Below, in pieces: positions 9,904 through 19,438 of a stretch of 33,778 nt of DNA. The stretch is from IMG/VR virus record IMGVR_UViG_3300009602_000043, positions 1-33,778 of that record. One strand, 5' to 3'. The notes beneath the pieces are model-generated. The model searched no databases. It had not been told where the DNA came from and worked only from the letters and a program-made list of their open reading frames with translations. Made by a program: the position numbers and the translations under genes. Within the stretch, counting starts at the first letter, position 1, and every line of letters starts with the position of its first letter. This DNA comes from a virus (taxonomy: Duplodnaviria > Caudoviricetes).

Positions 9904-10550
9904 CGCCTGTGCATCCCGGTGCGAGTTGGTGAGGGGATTCGGGTGACAGCGCTAGCAGCATTGGTGGAGGTTGGCTTGCCGAACTTGCCTTCGTAGCGAG
10001 CACGATAATCACGAGCACGAGCAGCAAACTGGCGACCTTTGTCGTTGTGCTGAACCGAGTCAGCCTGTACCGTGGCGTCAGAATCATGGCCGTAAAGCGC
10101 CGCCAACTGATCACAAAGGATTGCTGCGCCCAGACAAGCCAGCGCCTCACAATCGTCTTCATCGAAAGTAAGTGAGCTGGTGTGACTTGAGGTGTAGCGA
10201 ACACGCACCGACTGACCCACATCACCAGCACCAGGCAGCAGACGAAGCTCAACGTCACCATCAGGAAGGTCGTAAACATAGTAGTAGTCCTCTGTTACAA
10301 AGCTTGGCGGGTTGCGGCCGATCGGCGACTCGATGTGCACGATATGGCTGCGCTTGTTTACCCAGTGATCGGGTGTTTGAACCACCAGCCCGGCGCCAAC
10401 CAACACATCCTGTGTCAGCTCGCGCGGGCGGTCGGCGTTGTAGCGCTTGATAACCAGCGCTGCTGCGGTCGAGACATCTCCGGGAGAGAGGCGGTTGTCG
10501 TCGTCGCGCACCAGGCTGGCCATCAAACTCTCAAAAGCTTCCTGTTCCAT
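9900..10550 (-). CDS. Putative head-tail adaptor
   Basis: Directly after the capsid gene and translationally coupled to the next gene; call is by synteny. Confidence 0.55.
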   Translation of the reverse strand: MEQEAFESLMASLVRDDDNRLSPGDVSTAAALVIKRYNADRPRELTQDVLVGAGLVVQTPDHWVNKRSHIVHIESPIGRNPPSFVTEDYYYVYDLPDGDVELRLLPGAGDVGQSVRVRYTSSHTSSLTFDEDDCEALACLGAAILCDQLAALYGHDSDATVQADSVQHNDKGRQFAARARDYRARYEGKFGKPTSTNAASAVTRIPSPTRTGMHRR

Positions 10551-10562
10551 AGTCAGCTCAGG

Positions 10563-12806
10563 TTAGGCGTCAGCTACCACATGTTTGCGCATGCCTTTCC
10601 AGCTCGATGCCGAGCCACCGTAGATGTGACGGATCTTGTACGTCACCATGTCGTTGGTAAACATACTGCCGGCCGTGGGCGCATCCTGGATGAACATCTC
10701 AGGCTCCTGCTTGCCATCCATGAAGCCGACCTCGATGGTCGGATGCTCAGTCGGGTCACAGATCAGCGCCCAGTCGCTGACATCGGTCCAATAAGGCACC
10801 GGGCGAATCAGCGGCATGGATGACTGTGCAAAGTCCGGATCCAGGTTAGTGTCGCGGCGGAACGCTTCAAACGCGGCTTCCTCCAGGTCTGCCGGAATCA
10901 GCAGCAGATGCGGCGACAAGCCCATCGGTTCACCGGTGTCGTGATCGGCCTGTTTCATCATCGCCAGGCGAGCAACCAGGTAGGCTGCTTTGCTGAACGC
11001 AGCGGTGCCCAGGTTGCCGTGATCGGCGTGGAACAGCGCCTTGGTGTCTGACATCACCGGGTTGGTGCGAATGATGTCCAGGACAAACTTGTTGAGGGTG
11101 CGCTTCGATGCAGTCACAACCATTTGGGGTATCCGCATGATTATGCCGACATCGTCGTTTTTAATTGTCTCCAGTGAGACGGAGACCTTACCGCCGCGCT
11201 TGCCAGGGCTATACTTCTCGGCCAGTTCGGTGGGGTCATCCAGGTCCGCATAAGCGGCTTTCTCCGCCACGATCGGCAGATCGCCGAAGCCTCCATACAT
11301 GACATTGTTGCGCTCGCGGAAGTCGTTCAGCGGCACGATGTCACTGACGATCTGGCGCCACAGTTCATAGCGGAGGTTTTCGTTGTACATGGTCAGCACG
11401 CGGCGGTTGACTGCATCGCCCAGCATGACCGGGAACGAGTCGGTATCGAGCGCTTCGCGGAATCGACAGTCACGCAGACGACCAGTGATTCGCATATCAC
11501 CCGTTGCTTCCTGGTAGCACTCTTTCAGGCTGATGACTTCGTTGTCATCGCGATCAAGCAGCTTGTCCAGCATCTCTGCAATGCCTTTGGCGCCAACGGT
11601 GCCATCACCACCGCCCAGGCCACGCACGTGACCAGACTCAGTGAACGAAGCCAGGTAGTCACGCTCTTCAGAGATCGCTTCCTTGAACTTCTCGGTTGTC
11701 AGGGCCGGATCCGCCTCCAGCTGTTTGATCAGCTTGTCCTGGGCTTTCTCAGGCAGTTTGGATGAACGTACCGCTTCACGCATTGCCGTGCGGGTTTCCA
11801 GCAGCTGCAGCTCAGCACGTGTGATCGGGGCATCGTCGCCAGTCTTCGCCTGCGCTGGGGCAGGTTCAGGCTTGGTGGCTTCTTTGAAGGCCGCGAACAC
11901 CGCGTCCTCGTCATTTTCGTCCAGACCTTTGGGCAGTGCGCCGTTGTTGGCCTTGCGGATCGCTTCCAGCATACGCTGCTTCATGGCATCGTCCTCATCG
12001 TTGGTAGTTGAGGCAACCGCCTCGATCAAGTGAATAAGCTCTCCGCCGGCGCCCGGTTCCACGATCAGGTCAACGGAGTGAATTTTTGTGAAGCGAGTGG
12101 CTTCCTGGAATCGACCCTTTTGCTTGGCAGTGCCCTCGACGTCGATCGAAAACCCAAACAAGTGATTCATGTTGCGCTCGACTGACTCGCGCAATTTGCC
12201 CGCTACCACTGCCTCAGAATCGAAGACATCCAGTACGGCCTGGATCTCGCCTTCCTCGGGTGTCGCGCCTTCAACGAACTTGGCATCGCGAAGACCACCG
12301 ATCAGGTTGCGTACATCTTTGCCCTTGCCGCCGAGGTGTTCATCATCAGATTTGATGAACACACGGGTGCCATTGAACAAAGGCGCCGCCTCGCGCAGCA
12401 CCGAAGCCGGATAGATTTTTTTATTGGCAGAAGTGCCTGCACGAATCACGCGAATCAGGAATGACTTGGATTTTTCCTCATCGCCTACCGCCTCAATGAG
12501 CGATACCGACTCGCGCATGGATGCGCCCACTGGAGTGAACTCACGCACAACCTCAGAAGGATCACCAACCACAACAGTGTTGTCGGTATTGATCACATAC
12601 GGGTATGCGTAGAAACGGCCCGCAAGCCTTGCGACTGCGCGGTCGGGATAGATGGCCTCCAGGTCAACCCAGCACTCGGATTTGCCTAGCTGCACTTTGA
12701 TTTTTTCCTGCAAGGCGCTGCGCACCAGTTCGATGGTGTCACGCATCTCACTGGCGGCTTCACGAAGTGCCACAGCGCCTACAATACCAGCCGCTGGAAT
12801 CTTCAT
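10563..12806 (-). CDS. Fused prohead protease / scaffold / major capsid protein (Mu gpT-like C-terminal domain), 747 aa
   Basis: The N-terminal third has protease-like motifs (IRAG.SAN...YP..VL, H, GFSID, SVDLIVEPGAGG). The middle is a charged helical linker. The C-terminus is capsid-like (NDFRE, GG.V.VS.ETIKNDD, LFHADHGNL, LLIP.DLE, YKIRH.YG). Confidence 0.85.
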   Translation of the reverse strand: MKIPAAGIVGAVALREAASEMRDTIELVRSALQEKIKVQLGKSECWVDLEAIYPDRAVARLAGRFYAYPYVINTDNTVVVGDPSEVVREFTPVGASMRESVSLIEAVGDEEKSKSFLIRVIRAGTSANKKIYPASVLREAAPLFNGTRVFIKSDDEHLGGKGKDVRNLIGGLRDAKFVEGATPEEGEIQAVLDVFDSEAVVAGKLRESVERNMNHLFGFSIDVEGTAKQKGRFQEATRFTKIHSVDLIVEPGAGGELIHLIEAVASTTNDEDDAMKQRMLEAIRKANNGALPKGLDENDEDAVFAAFKEATKPEPAPAQAKTGDDAPITRAELQLLETRTAMREAVRSSKLPEKAQDKLIKQLEADPALTTEKFKEAISEERDYLASFTESGHVRGLGGGDGTVGAKGIAEMLDKLLDRDDNEVISLKECYQEATGDMRITGRLRDCRFREALDTDSFPVMLGDAVNRRVLTMYNENLRYELWRQIVSDIVPLNDFRERNNVMYGGFGDLPIVAEKAAYADLDDPTELAEKYSPGKRGGKVSVSLETIKNDDVGIIMRIPQMVVTASKRTLNKFVLDIIRTNPVMSDTKALFHADHGNLGTAAFSKAAYLVARLAMMKQADHDTGEPMGLSPHLLLIPADLEEAAFEAFRRDTNLDPDFAQSSMPLIRPVPYWTDVSDWALICDPTEHPTIEVGFMDGKQEPEMFIQDAPTAGSMFTNDMVTYKIRHIYGGSASSWKGMRKHVVADA

Positions 12807-13138
12807 TACTGAGCCGCCTTCTTCTCGGCCGCTTTAGCTGCTGCGGCGGCTTGTGCCTCACGTTCTTTGGCCGTCGTGGTGATTTTTTGCCCGGAGGTTG
12901 TCACGACAATGAACCGACCACCTGTCAGCGCCTTGAAGTCCAGCACCTCATCAACTTTGATGCCAGCAAACTCGGCAGCCTCTACAGCAGTTGCAGCAGC
13001 CTTTGATGGCTTGGCGCCGTCATTAGGCTTGGCCTGTTTTTCAGGTTTAGCGGGTTTGTTTGCTTTAGCGCCCGCCTGGGAAGGAGTATTGGTCGGCTCG
13101 TTGGAGCCGGTTCCAGTGCTCTTTTGTTGTTCGTCCAT
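12806..13138 (-). CDS. Hypothetical Lys/Ala-rich protein, first gene of head transcript
   Basis: ATG at 13138 has GGAG 9 nt upstream; its stop overlaps the capsid ATG. Confidence 0.65.
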   Translation of the reverse strand: MDEQQKSTGTGSNEPTNTPSQAGAKANKPAKPEKQAKPNDGAKPSKAAATAVEAAEFAGIKVDEVLDFKALTGGRFIVVTTSGQKITTTAKEREAQAAAAAKAAEKKAAQ

Positions 13139-13183
13139 CGTTGCAACTCTCCGAATCAAATGATTTAAGTTCGTGAGTTGCAG

Positions 13184-13230
13184 ACTATGTCAGAGGCGGG
13201 GGATAAGACTTTTAACCTAAGTTAGTAAAT
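13184..13230 (-). promoter_or_regulatory. Putative activator-dependent late promoter (head/tail operon)
   Basis: 22-bp box 13209-13230 is identical to 19465-19486. A -10-like CATAGT (13184-13189) lies 19 nt downstream on the - strand. Confidence 0.7.
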
Positions 13231-14069
13231 TATGTTACAACGCGCCGGCCAGGTGCCATGACCTCCCAGCTGTCCATATACGGCAGAGACATGCAGCCGC
13301 AATTTATGACTTCACCGACCGGTGCCTGGGGATCGTGCGGGTGCATCATCAGAACGCCACCGATGTTGAATGGCTGATCCAGTGGCTGGATTTGACCGTC
13401 GGCAAAGCTATGAGTTTCACGTGGATGTTTGCGCGCACCTTTACGCCACTGCTTTTTCATCCCCGGCAACACAGTTGCAGCAGAGCGCTTTCGAAGATCG
13501 CCCGCGATGGAGTTCGCACGGCTCATCTCGGTGCGCAAAATGGCCAGTGCTCTGGAGCGATCGGCCTCATCCAGGATATTGGTGATCACAGTGATCGCCA
13601 TGTCAACCGGCTGCACACCCATCAGCACCATACCCAGCTGCGTATCGATCTTATCAGCCATCGTCCGGGTGACGCCCTGAATCTTGCGGGTAGTGACATG
13701 CTGCAGAGCGGCCAGCTGGCGCGTGTCAATCGCAGGCGCAACACCTGCGATGGTCAGACCTGCAGCCTGCAGCGGTCGATCGGTCAAAAGCTCACCCAAT
13801 GCCCAGGCATTCGTCAGAGCGGCCTGAGCGGCTGCTGCGCTGCGACCAGCCACCTGATCCATGATCACCTTGATCTGAGACTCCAGCTCGCCGAGCAACC
13901 AGGTGTTGTATTCTGTGGGCGATATACGCAGCAAAAACTTTATCTGCTCGCGTGCCTCGTTCAGGATGCGATTGATCATCACGAGCGTTTCGGCGCTGAG
14001 CGTCTCAAATTCCTGCTCAACCGCCTTGCGCTCTTTATTGAAGGCCCTGCGGCGCTCGCGATCGTCCAT
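13230..14069 (-). CDS. Head morphogenesis protein (Mu gpF / SPP1 gp7 family)
   Basis: RA..I.RTE..RA, K.W, R.TH...DGQ......F, P.DP......INCGC motifs. Confidence 0.85.
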   Translation of the reverse strand: MDDRERRRAFNKERKAVEQEFETLSAETLVMINRILNEAREQIKFLLRISPTEYNTWLLGELESQIKVIMDQVAGRSAAAAQAALTNAWALGELLTDRPLQAAGLTIAGVAPAIDTRQLAALQHVTTRKIQGVTRTMADKIDTQLGMVLMGVQPVDMAITVITNILDEADRSRALAILRTEMSRANSIAGDLRKRSAATVLPGMKKQWRKGARKHPRETHSFADGQIQPLDQPFNIGGVLMMHPHDPQAPVGEVINCGCMSLPYMDSWEVMAPGRRVVT

Positions 14070-14071
14070 GC

Positions 14072-15454
14072 TTACACTTCCAGATCGACATCAGCATCGT
14101 CGGTTTTGCGTGCAGCGATCATCTTCTCGACGTCTTTCAGCAGCTGTGCCGGCTCCTTGTCCACACCCAGGCGCCTGGCCGTGGCCACAATGATCTCGAT
14201 AGCCACTTCGCGTGTCATCAGTTGAGCGTTCATGGCAGCGACACATGAAGAAACAACCTGCTGCATAGCTGCAGCGTATTTCGTGGTGTCGCGCTGGACC
14301 ATCTCAGGCAATTCACAGGTGACCCAGTACTCCCGATCGGACTCGTCGATTCGTTTGCCCTGGGCATCAGCCCACATCCGGATCACGAAGGTGCCGATGA
14401 CTTCCAGCATGTATTTCAGCCGGCGTTGACGAGCAGCAAGAATCTTGAAGGTGGGTTCATCCATTTCACCGGCCGTGCTGCGATTCACATCGCCGCCGCC
14501 ACCAAACCAGTGCTCCGGAATCGTTGCACCGCCCAAGGCATGATTGCGGAACAGCCTAGCCGATTGCGTCGTGTCGGCTGCGTTCATGTCCGGTGCCTGC
14601 GGTGTCCATACTTCCGATTCATTGTGCACGCGCACGCCACCTGAGCGTGGCACCTGGATGCTTTTCGCCTTTTTCTGGACTTCCGACTCATCGGCACCTT
14701 TGATCAGCACATCCCACATGAACGCGCGAAGGCCCTGGTTACGATCCAGCTCACCAAACAGGAACTGATCATAGGCATCCAGCCAGTCCATCTGTGGCAA
14801 CAGATCCGAACGTCCTCTGGCACCGGAGGCCAGTCCCCGGATACGAAAGTAAAAACACTCGCCATCGGTAAAGGTCTTACGTTTACGCCTGGCGCGAGCT
14901 CCGAACACCGACTCATCGGCGTTAATGATGATGCGGTAGCGCCGGTAATTGCCCTTACCGTCCTTTTTGGTTTTGATGCCAATCGGCTGCCGTTTGTTAT
15001 CAGGATCTGTGATGACGTCGTCAATCTCAGCCGGATCCAGATAACCAAGACGTACATGGCCATTCACCTGGTTAACAAACACCGGGTAGCACTGCTCACC
15101 GAACAGAGCCAGTTCGCGCGCAAACTCCTCCAGCGCCAGATCCATGTTGTTGATCGGGTCATACCAGAATTTTTCGATGACGGCCTGCGCCTCTTCATCG
15201 GGTACTTTCAACCTGACCCCGTCGCTGAGCATAAACGCCAGCGGCAACTCAATGATCCGATCAGCGATCAGGTTCGACTCCCACAAGAACTTGGCAAGCT
15301 TCTGCATCCGGTCCTGTTTGATCGGCTCCAGGTCGCGGTCATTGTTGCCGGTCAGTGGACGCCACTGATCTTCGTCCGGATCAATGCTGCTGCCGGCCGC
15401 TTCGACAAATTTTTCGGGCTTTTCTGCTGCTTGTGTCTTTGCTTTGCTGGCCAT
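14072..15454 (-). CDS. Portal protein (460 aa)
   Basis: Size and position between large terminase and gpF; ELALFGE, RGRSDL, G.TIPEHWFG motifs. Confidence 0.8.
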   Translation of the reverse strand: MASKAKTQAAEKPEKFVEAAGSSIDPDEDQWRPLTGNNDRDLEPIKQDRMQKLAKFLWESNLIADRIIELPLAFMLSDGVRLKVPDEEAQAVIEKFWYDPINNMDLALEEFARELALFGEQCYPVFVNQVNGHVRLGYLDPAEIDDVITDPDNKRQPIGIKTKKDGKGNYRRYRIIINADESVFGARARRKRKTFTDGECFYFRIRGLASGARGRSDLLPQMDWLDAYDQFLFGELDRNQGLRAFMWDVLIKGADESEVQKKAKSIQVPRSGGVRVHNESEVWTPQAPDMNAADTTQSARLFRNHALGGATIPEHWFGGGGDVNRSTAGEMDEPTFKILAARQRRLKYMLEVIGTFVIRMWADAQGKRIDESDREYWVTCELPEMVQRDTTKYAAAMQQVVSSCVAAMNAQLMTREVAIEIIVATARRLGVDKEPAQLLKDVEKMIAARKTDDADVDLEV

Positions 15455-15583
15455 GGTTTTAATCTCGGGTCAGTTAGGTTCACGAATCGATTCGGGCGCG
15501 CTGCGCGTTTTTTCTGACGCCATTGCACCGGGTTTCCTGAAAACGCCTCACAGGGCCTCTCAGGCAGCCGTAATAATTCAATC

Positions 15584-17173
15584 CTATCGGCGAAACATCG
15601 TGGCCCGCCGACGGTTATTCATCGCCGAGGGCAACATCTGCTGCGACTCGACATCGACGTTTGCACCTGCAGCCGGTTCGGTCTCCTCCAGTGCAGCTGC
15701 CCAGGCGAGCACACCGGCTATCGCGACATCGCCGTGGCGGTACATGCCATCGCTGCCTCTGTCACGGCCATCACTCATTTTCGGGCTGCCCTGGTGAAGC
15801 ACAACGCGCCTGTGATCGGCGATGTGATCTTCGCTTGCCGGCACCAGGATGCTGCGGTCCTCATACGCTGATTTGTATTTTGGGAAGTGCTCGGCATACC
15901 ACTTCGGTGTTGCCATCACACAATCGATTCGCTGCTCCCCGTATTTTTGCAGCGCGGCCTCAGCGTGAGATTGTCCGTTGCCGCGAGCATCAAATTTGGC
16001 GTGATGGAACAGTGGCAGATGATCCAGGATGAAAAACATGATGTGCTTTTGCACATCAAAGGGAATCTTGCGAAGCTCCAGGTCAAACCCAACTCGCCAG
16101 CGCCGGTGACCGTTGGCCTGCATGACCCGGATTGCTGATAAGTCACCATCGCGACCAAAGTCCTGGGCAAAGACACTGCGCGCACTCATATCCAGATTGT
16201 CGATGACGGGCTGCAGAACTTCTTCACACCAGCGCTGCGTTTCCTCTATCCGGTTAGGATCAGTTACCCACTCAGCCGGTTTGGTAAGGCGCAGAACGGG
16301 AATGGTCTGATCATGGCACTGTTCGATCAGAGTTCGGGTGAAATATGCACCGCTGCCGGCAGAGGGAATACAACCAAGTTCCTCATCAGCGGCCGTACCG
16401 TAAAGTGCGTAGATCTTGTCGCGGAATTCGCGCGCGCCTTCCGGTGTCCAGATATCACCCTTGACCAAGCAGATGCGTTTATAGAACCCATCGCGCAGCG
16501 CATCATCAAAAGTGACCTTGTGCACCGAGTACTTCAGTTTGCCCGCTTCGATTTCGCGCAGGATCTGGTTGAACGGATTGCCATCACCAAAATGCGTGCT
16601 GCAAATATCTACCCGGCCTCCCCAGATCAGAAACGCCATCGCTGCGTCGATCAGAGCCTGCAGATCATCATGGAAGGCTGCCTCATCCAGGCGGGCATGT
16701 CCCTGGTGGCCACGAAGGTTTGACGGTTTGCTGGACAGCGCAACGATCTCATAGCCTGAGGCCATCTTGATCCGGTACCGCAGAATGTCTTTGTCTTCAT
16801 CGTCAATGACAGACTTGTCCAGGGAAACTGATATCTCCGATGCAACCACCTGGTAGGCTTTTGCAAAGCTGGCACAGTCGCCGATGAACTCGGCAGCCAT
16901 CTCTTTGTTGTACCCGACATAGTACTGGTTCATGCCATGGCGGTGAGCCGCTTCCAGGGTGGCCTCGGCGGCAAGGCATCCCCAGGTGCCACCGATTCGC
17001 CTGGATTTGACCAGGACACGCACCGGACTCATGTCCTGGTGCCATCGTTTTTGATAAGGGAGCAGTACATCCGGCACTTCGCTGGCATTGAACTGCCCAA
17101 CGCGATCGCGCTGTATATCTTTGACCTGATCCAGCAGCTCGCGCTGCTGAGCAGCGCTGAGGCTAGCCATCAA
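15584..17173 (-). CDS. Terminase large subunit (Mu gp28-like)
   Basis: LLPYQKRW, KSRRIG.TW (Walker A variant), LSS.P.NLRG.QG...LDEAAFH (Walker B), STH.G..NPFN, DFGR.GDLS, HGD nuclease motifs. Confidence 0.93.
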   Translation of the reverse strand: MMASLSAAQQRELLDQVKDIQRDRVGQFNASEVPDVLLPYQKRWHQDMSPVRVLVKSRRIGGTWGCLAAEATLEAAHRHGMNQYYVGYNKEMAAEFIGDCASFAKAYQVVASEISVSLDKSVIDDEDKDILRYRIKMASGYEIVALSSKPSNLRGHQGHARLDEAAFHDDLQALIDAAMAFLIWGGRVDICSTHFGDGNPFNQILREIEAGKLKYSVHKVTFDDALRDGFYKRICLVKGDIWTPEGAREFRDKIYALYGTAADEELGCIPSAGSGAYFTRTLIEQCHDQTIPVLRLTKPAEWVTDPNRIEETQRWCEEVLQPVIDNLDMSARSVFAQDFGRDGDLSAIRVMQANGHRRWRVGFDLELRKIPFDVQKHIMFFILDHLPLFHHAKFDARGNGQSHAEAALQKYGEQRIDCVMATPKWYAEHFPKYKSAYEDRSILVPASEDHIADHRRVVLHQGSPKMSDGRDRGSDGMYRHGDVAIAGVLAWAAALEETEPAAGANVDVESQQMLPSAMNNRRRATMFRR

Positions 17174-17726
17174 TTTTTATCCCGAGGAACTTGGCGCGCA
17201 CGCGCTCGAACTGCAGATCAGACAAGCCGGCCTCGGCCTGAATTTCGTTGATGGCTTCGGCGGTTTTGCGGGCCAGCTCTTCACGTACTTTCTTGGCCCA
17301 TTGCTTTTGTGGCAGCGATGCCCGACTGATGTTACCCAGGGCGCGAAACAGTGTGCTGATCTCTTTCACCGATATCGGCTTTTCCGGGTCGTCCGGATCG
17401 TATTGATTCATCAGCTGAAAGATCAGATCTTGGGCAAGCGCGACGTTGGCCATGCCCAGGGCATCGCCTTCATCATCCATGGTTTCGTTGAGCAGCTTGG
17501 CCGCGGCGGTACTGGAGCGGATCTTCTCAATGCGATCCTTCAGCGTCTTGCCATAAATGCCAAGCCCCGATCGGCTGACAGTCAGCTCCAGCTCATGCTC
17601 AGCCAGTTTGGCGTTGAGCTGCTCTGTGAGCTCGTCATAATTGCCAAAGGCGTTGGCAACCAGCTTGGCATCAAGCCAGGCTTTCACCTCCGATGGCAAC
17701 TGCTGTATTTTGCTGACGGCTGGCAT
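17163..17726 (-). CDS. Terminase small subunit (DUF3486 / Mu gp27-like)
   Basis: SKI..LP.EVK.WL...L....F..Y..L...L and SRS.L..YG motifs; directly upstream of TerL. Confidence 0.85.
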   Translation of the reverse strand: MPAVSKIQQLPSEVKAWLDAKLVANAFGNYDELTEQLNAKLAEHELELTVSRSGLGIYGKTLKDRIEKIRSSTAAAKLLNETMDDEGDALGMANVALAQDLIFQLMNQYDPDDPEKPISVKEISTLFRALGNISRASLPQKQWAKKVREELARKTAEAINEIQAEAGLSDLQFERVRAKFLGIKIDG

Positions 17727-17728
17727 GA

Positions 17729-18052
17729 TCAGAACTCATCCGGATGTGCGACACCATGTGGACGCTCAGCCAGCAGGCCGTCCAGAAAGTCCACGCCATC
17801 GGCACTAATTTTCGCCATCCAGCGTTCGGTGTTTCGCAAGGTGATGATCACCAGGCCACGCTCAGACAAATAGTCCAACGAGTTGCGGATATTGGTCTTG
17901 GTAAAACTCAGATCCACATCGCCGCGTAGCACCTGCGCAATTAGACCATCACCAACCGGCTCAGGTCTGTTTTGAGAGAGCGCCTGCAGGATGCGCAGTC
18001 TGCGCAAACGGTGACGCTGTGTTTCCATGTCATTGAGTCCCATTGTGTGCAC
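17729..18052 (-). CDS. Mu gp26-like winged-helix protein
   Basis: RRL.IL..L ... L.YL.ERGLV ... A.I...G.D...G....GV..P pattern; located upstream of TerS. Confidence 0.75.
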   Translation of the reverse strand: MHTMGLNDMETQRHRLRRLRILQALSQNRPEPVGDGLIAQVLRGDVDLSFTKTNIRNSLDYLSERGLVIITLRNTERWMAKISADGVDFLDGLLAERPHGVAHPDEF

Positions 18053-18473
18053 CTCGGGTGTTGCCCACCACTCTGATTAGATCTTTGATCTCGCGATTGA
18101 AGTCGTTGCGAAGTTCATCCACTTTGCGCTCAAGGTTGATCGCATGCTCCAGCCAGTCATCACGCTTTATATACTCGCCGGCCACCTCTTCACGAAACTC
18201 CTGCAGGCGCTTGTCCACATCCGATATCCGCGCCTCCAGGCGCTCGCGCGCCGATGTGAACTCGCCTTTGTTCTCGCGCACCTGGTTGGCAAGCTGGCGC
18301 ACCAGATCCTGCAGATTTTCATTCACCGTGCCCCAGTATTGCTTTTGGCTTTCAGCCTCTTTGGCCTTGGTGTGCTCCTCGCGCATGAAAATCCATTTCA
18401 GGGCCCCGCCCATCCCGGCCAACATAAACAGTATGATCGGGACGGTGATTTTGAGTATGTCAACGAGTTCCAT
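18030..18473 (-). CDS. Membrane-anchored coiled-coil protein (Mu gp25-position)
   Basis: ATG at 18473 with GGAG RBS; one N-terminal TM segment followed by a coiled coil with Y..R.DW. Confidence 0.7.
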   Translation of the reverse strand: MELVDILKITVPIILFMLAGMGGALKWIFMREEHTKAKEAESQKQYWGTVNENLQDLVRQLANQVRENKGEFTSARERLEARISDVDKRLQEFREEVAGEYIKRDDWLEHAINLERKVDELRNDFNREIKDLIRVVGNTRGAHNGTQ

Positions 18474-18879
18474 TTCGTTCGGCTCCGAATATCGATTTAA
18501 GTTGTGGTGCGATCTTCTCGGCCGATCGACCAACTACGTATCCACCAAGTCCCAGCTGCAGTAACGTCCAGGCTTCTTCAGATAGCCTGAATGCGAGCAA
18601 ACCGAAGCTGTCGCAGACCACCAACACCAGGAAAGTCATCATGGTGATTGGACGCCAGTTGCGCTGCAGCCAACTTTGACCCTGCGCCTCAGCCATGATC
18701 ACTTTCGCCTGTGCTTCCAGCATCAGCCGCTCGTAGTCCAGCAGCTGGCCGGTGACCGTGTTCTGCAGGCGCAGCATCTCGGCCTTCATCTGCAGCTTCT
18801 CTTCGGTGCTGGTGTGCATCTTGTCGATCAGCTCAGTGACCGGCGAAACGGCATCAGCCAGGAATGAGAGCAGCTTCAT
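18460..18879 (-). CDS. Holin (3TM / GTA-holin family)
   Basis: AEAQG.SWLQRNWRP, two C-terminal TM segments and GGYVVGRS.EK; coupled to the endolysin gene. Confidence 0.85.
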   Translation of the reverse strand: MKLLSFLADAVSPVTELIDKMHTSTEEKLQMKAEMLRLQNTVTGQLLDYERLMLEAQAKVIMAEAQGQSWLQRNWRPITMMTFLVLVVCDSFGLLAFRLSEEAWTLLQLGLGGYVVGRSAEKIAPQLKSIFGAERNGTR

Positions 18880-19415
18880 GAGTAGGCCCTGTTTTTCCAG
18901 CCATCGTGGAAAACGGCCTGCGTGGGATCAGCAGCAATGATCAGTCGATAGTGTCCATAGGCTTCAGAGCGCATGGCAGCCAGCAGGTTAAGCTGGTCGC
19001 GGATATCGTTGACGGCGGCAAACGTCTTGCTGCCCAGGATGCCATCCTCAAGGACAGGCGAGTTACAGGCGCGCAGTCCACGCTGCAGGATTTTTACGGC
19101 GGATTTCGATCGCATGTTGACCAACAGATCAAAGGCTTTGACGGCCACCCTTGCGTGCTGGATACGATCAAGGTTGTAGTAGTCCCAAAAGTACTTTCGA
19201 TACAGGTGGGCAACGTCAGAGGGTTTCAGGGCGCGGATGTCCGCCTCGCTGACGTGACCATCGCCGTCTATGTCACCATCCAGGTCGGGCAGCCCCTTCA
19301 AAAAGCGCAGCGACACACCGTAGTCGGTAATGCCACCACGGTCCGCCTGGTGACTCACCAGCCGACCTTCCTTTTTGAGGGTCTCCTGCAGGGCTGTTAA
19401 AAAGATATTGCTCAT
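18876..19415 (-). CDS. Endolysin, glycoside hydrolase family 108 with C-terminal PG-binding domain
   Basis: EG..V.H..D.GG.T.YG catalytic motif, Y...FW, DG.LG.KT, F..GW.NR. Confidence 0.9.
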   Translation of the reverse strand: MSNIFLTALQETLKKEGRLVSHQADRGGITDYGVSLRFLKGLPDLDGDIDGDGHVSEADIRALKPSDVAHLYRKYFWDYYNLDRIQHARVAVKAFDLLVNMRSKSAVKILQRGLRACNSPVLEDGILGSKTFAAVNDIRDQLNLLAAMRSEAYGHYRLIIAADPTQAVFHDGWKNRAYS

Positions 19416-19438
19416 GACACCACTCCACTATTGGAATG

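Noticed and set aside
13335-14225. 296-aa + strand ORF
   Set aside because: Antisense shadow of the gpF and portal genes.
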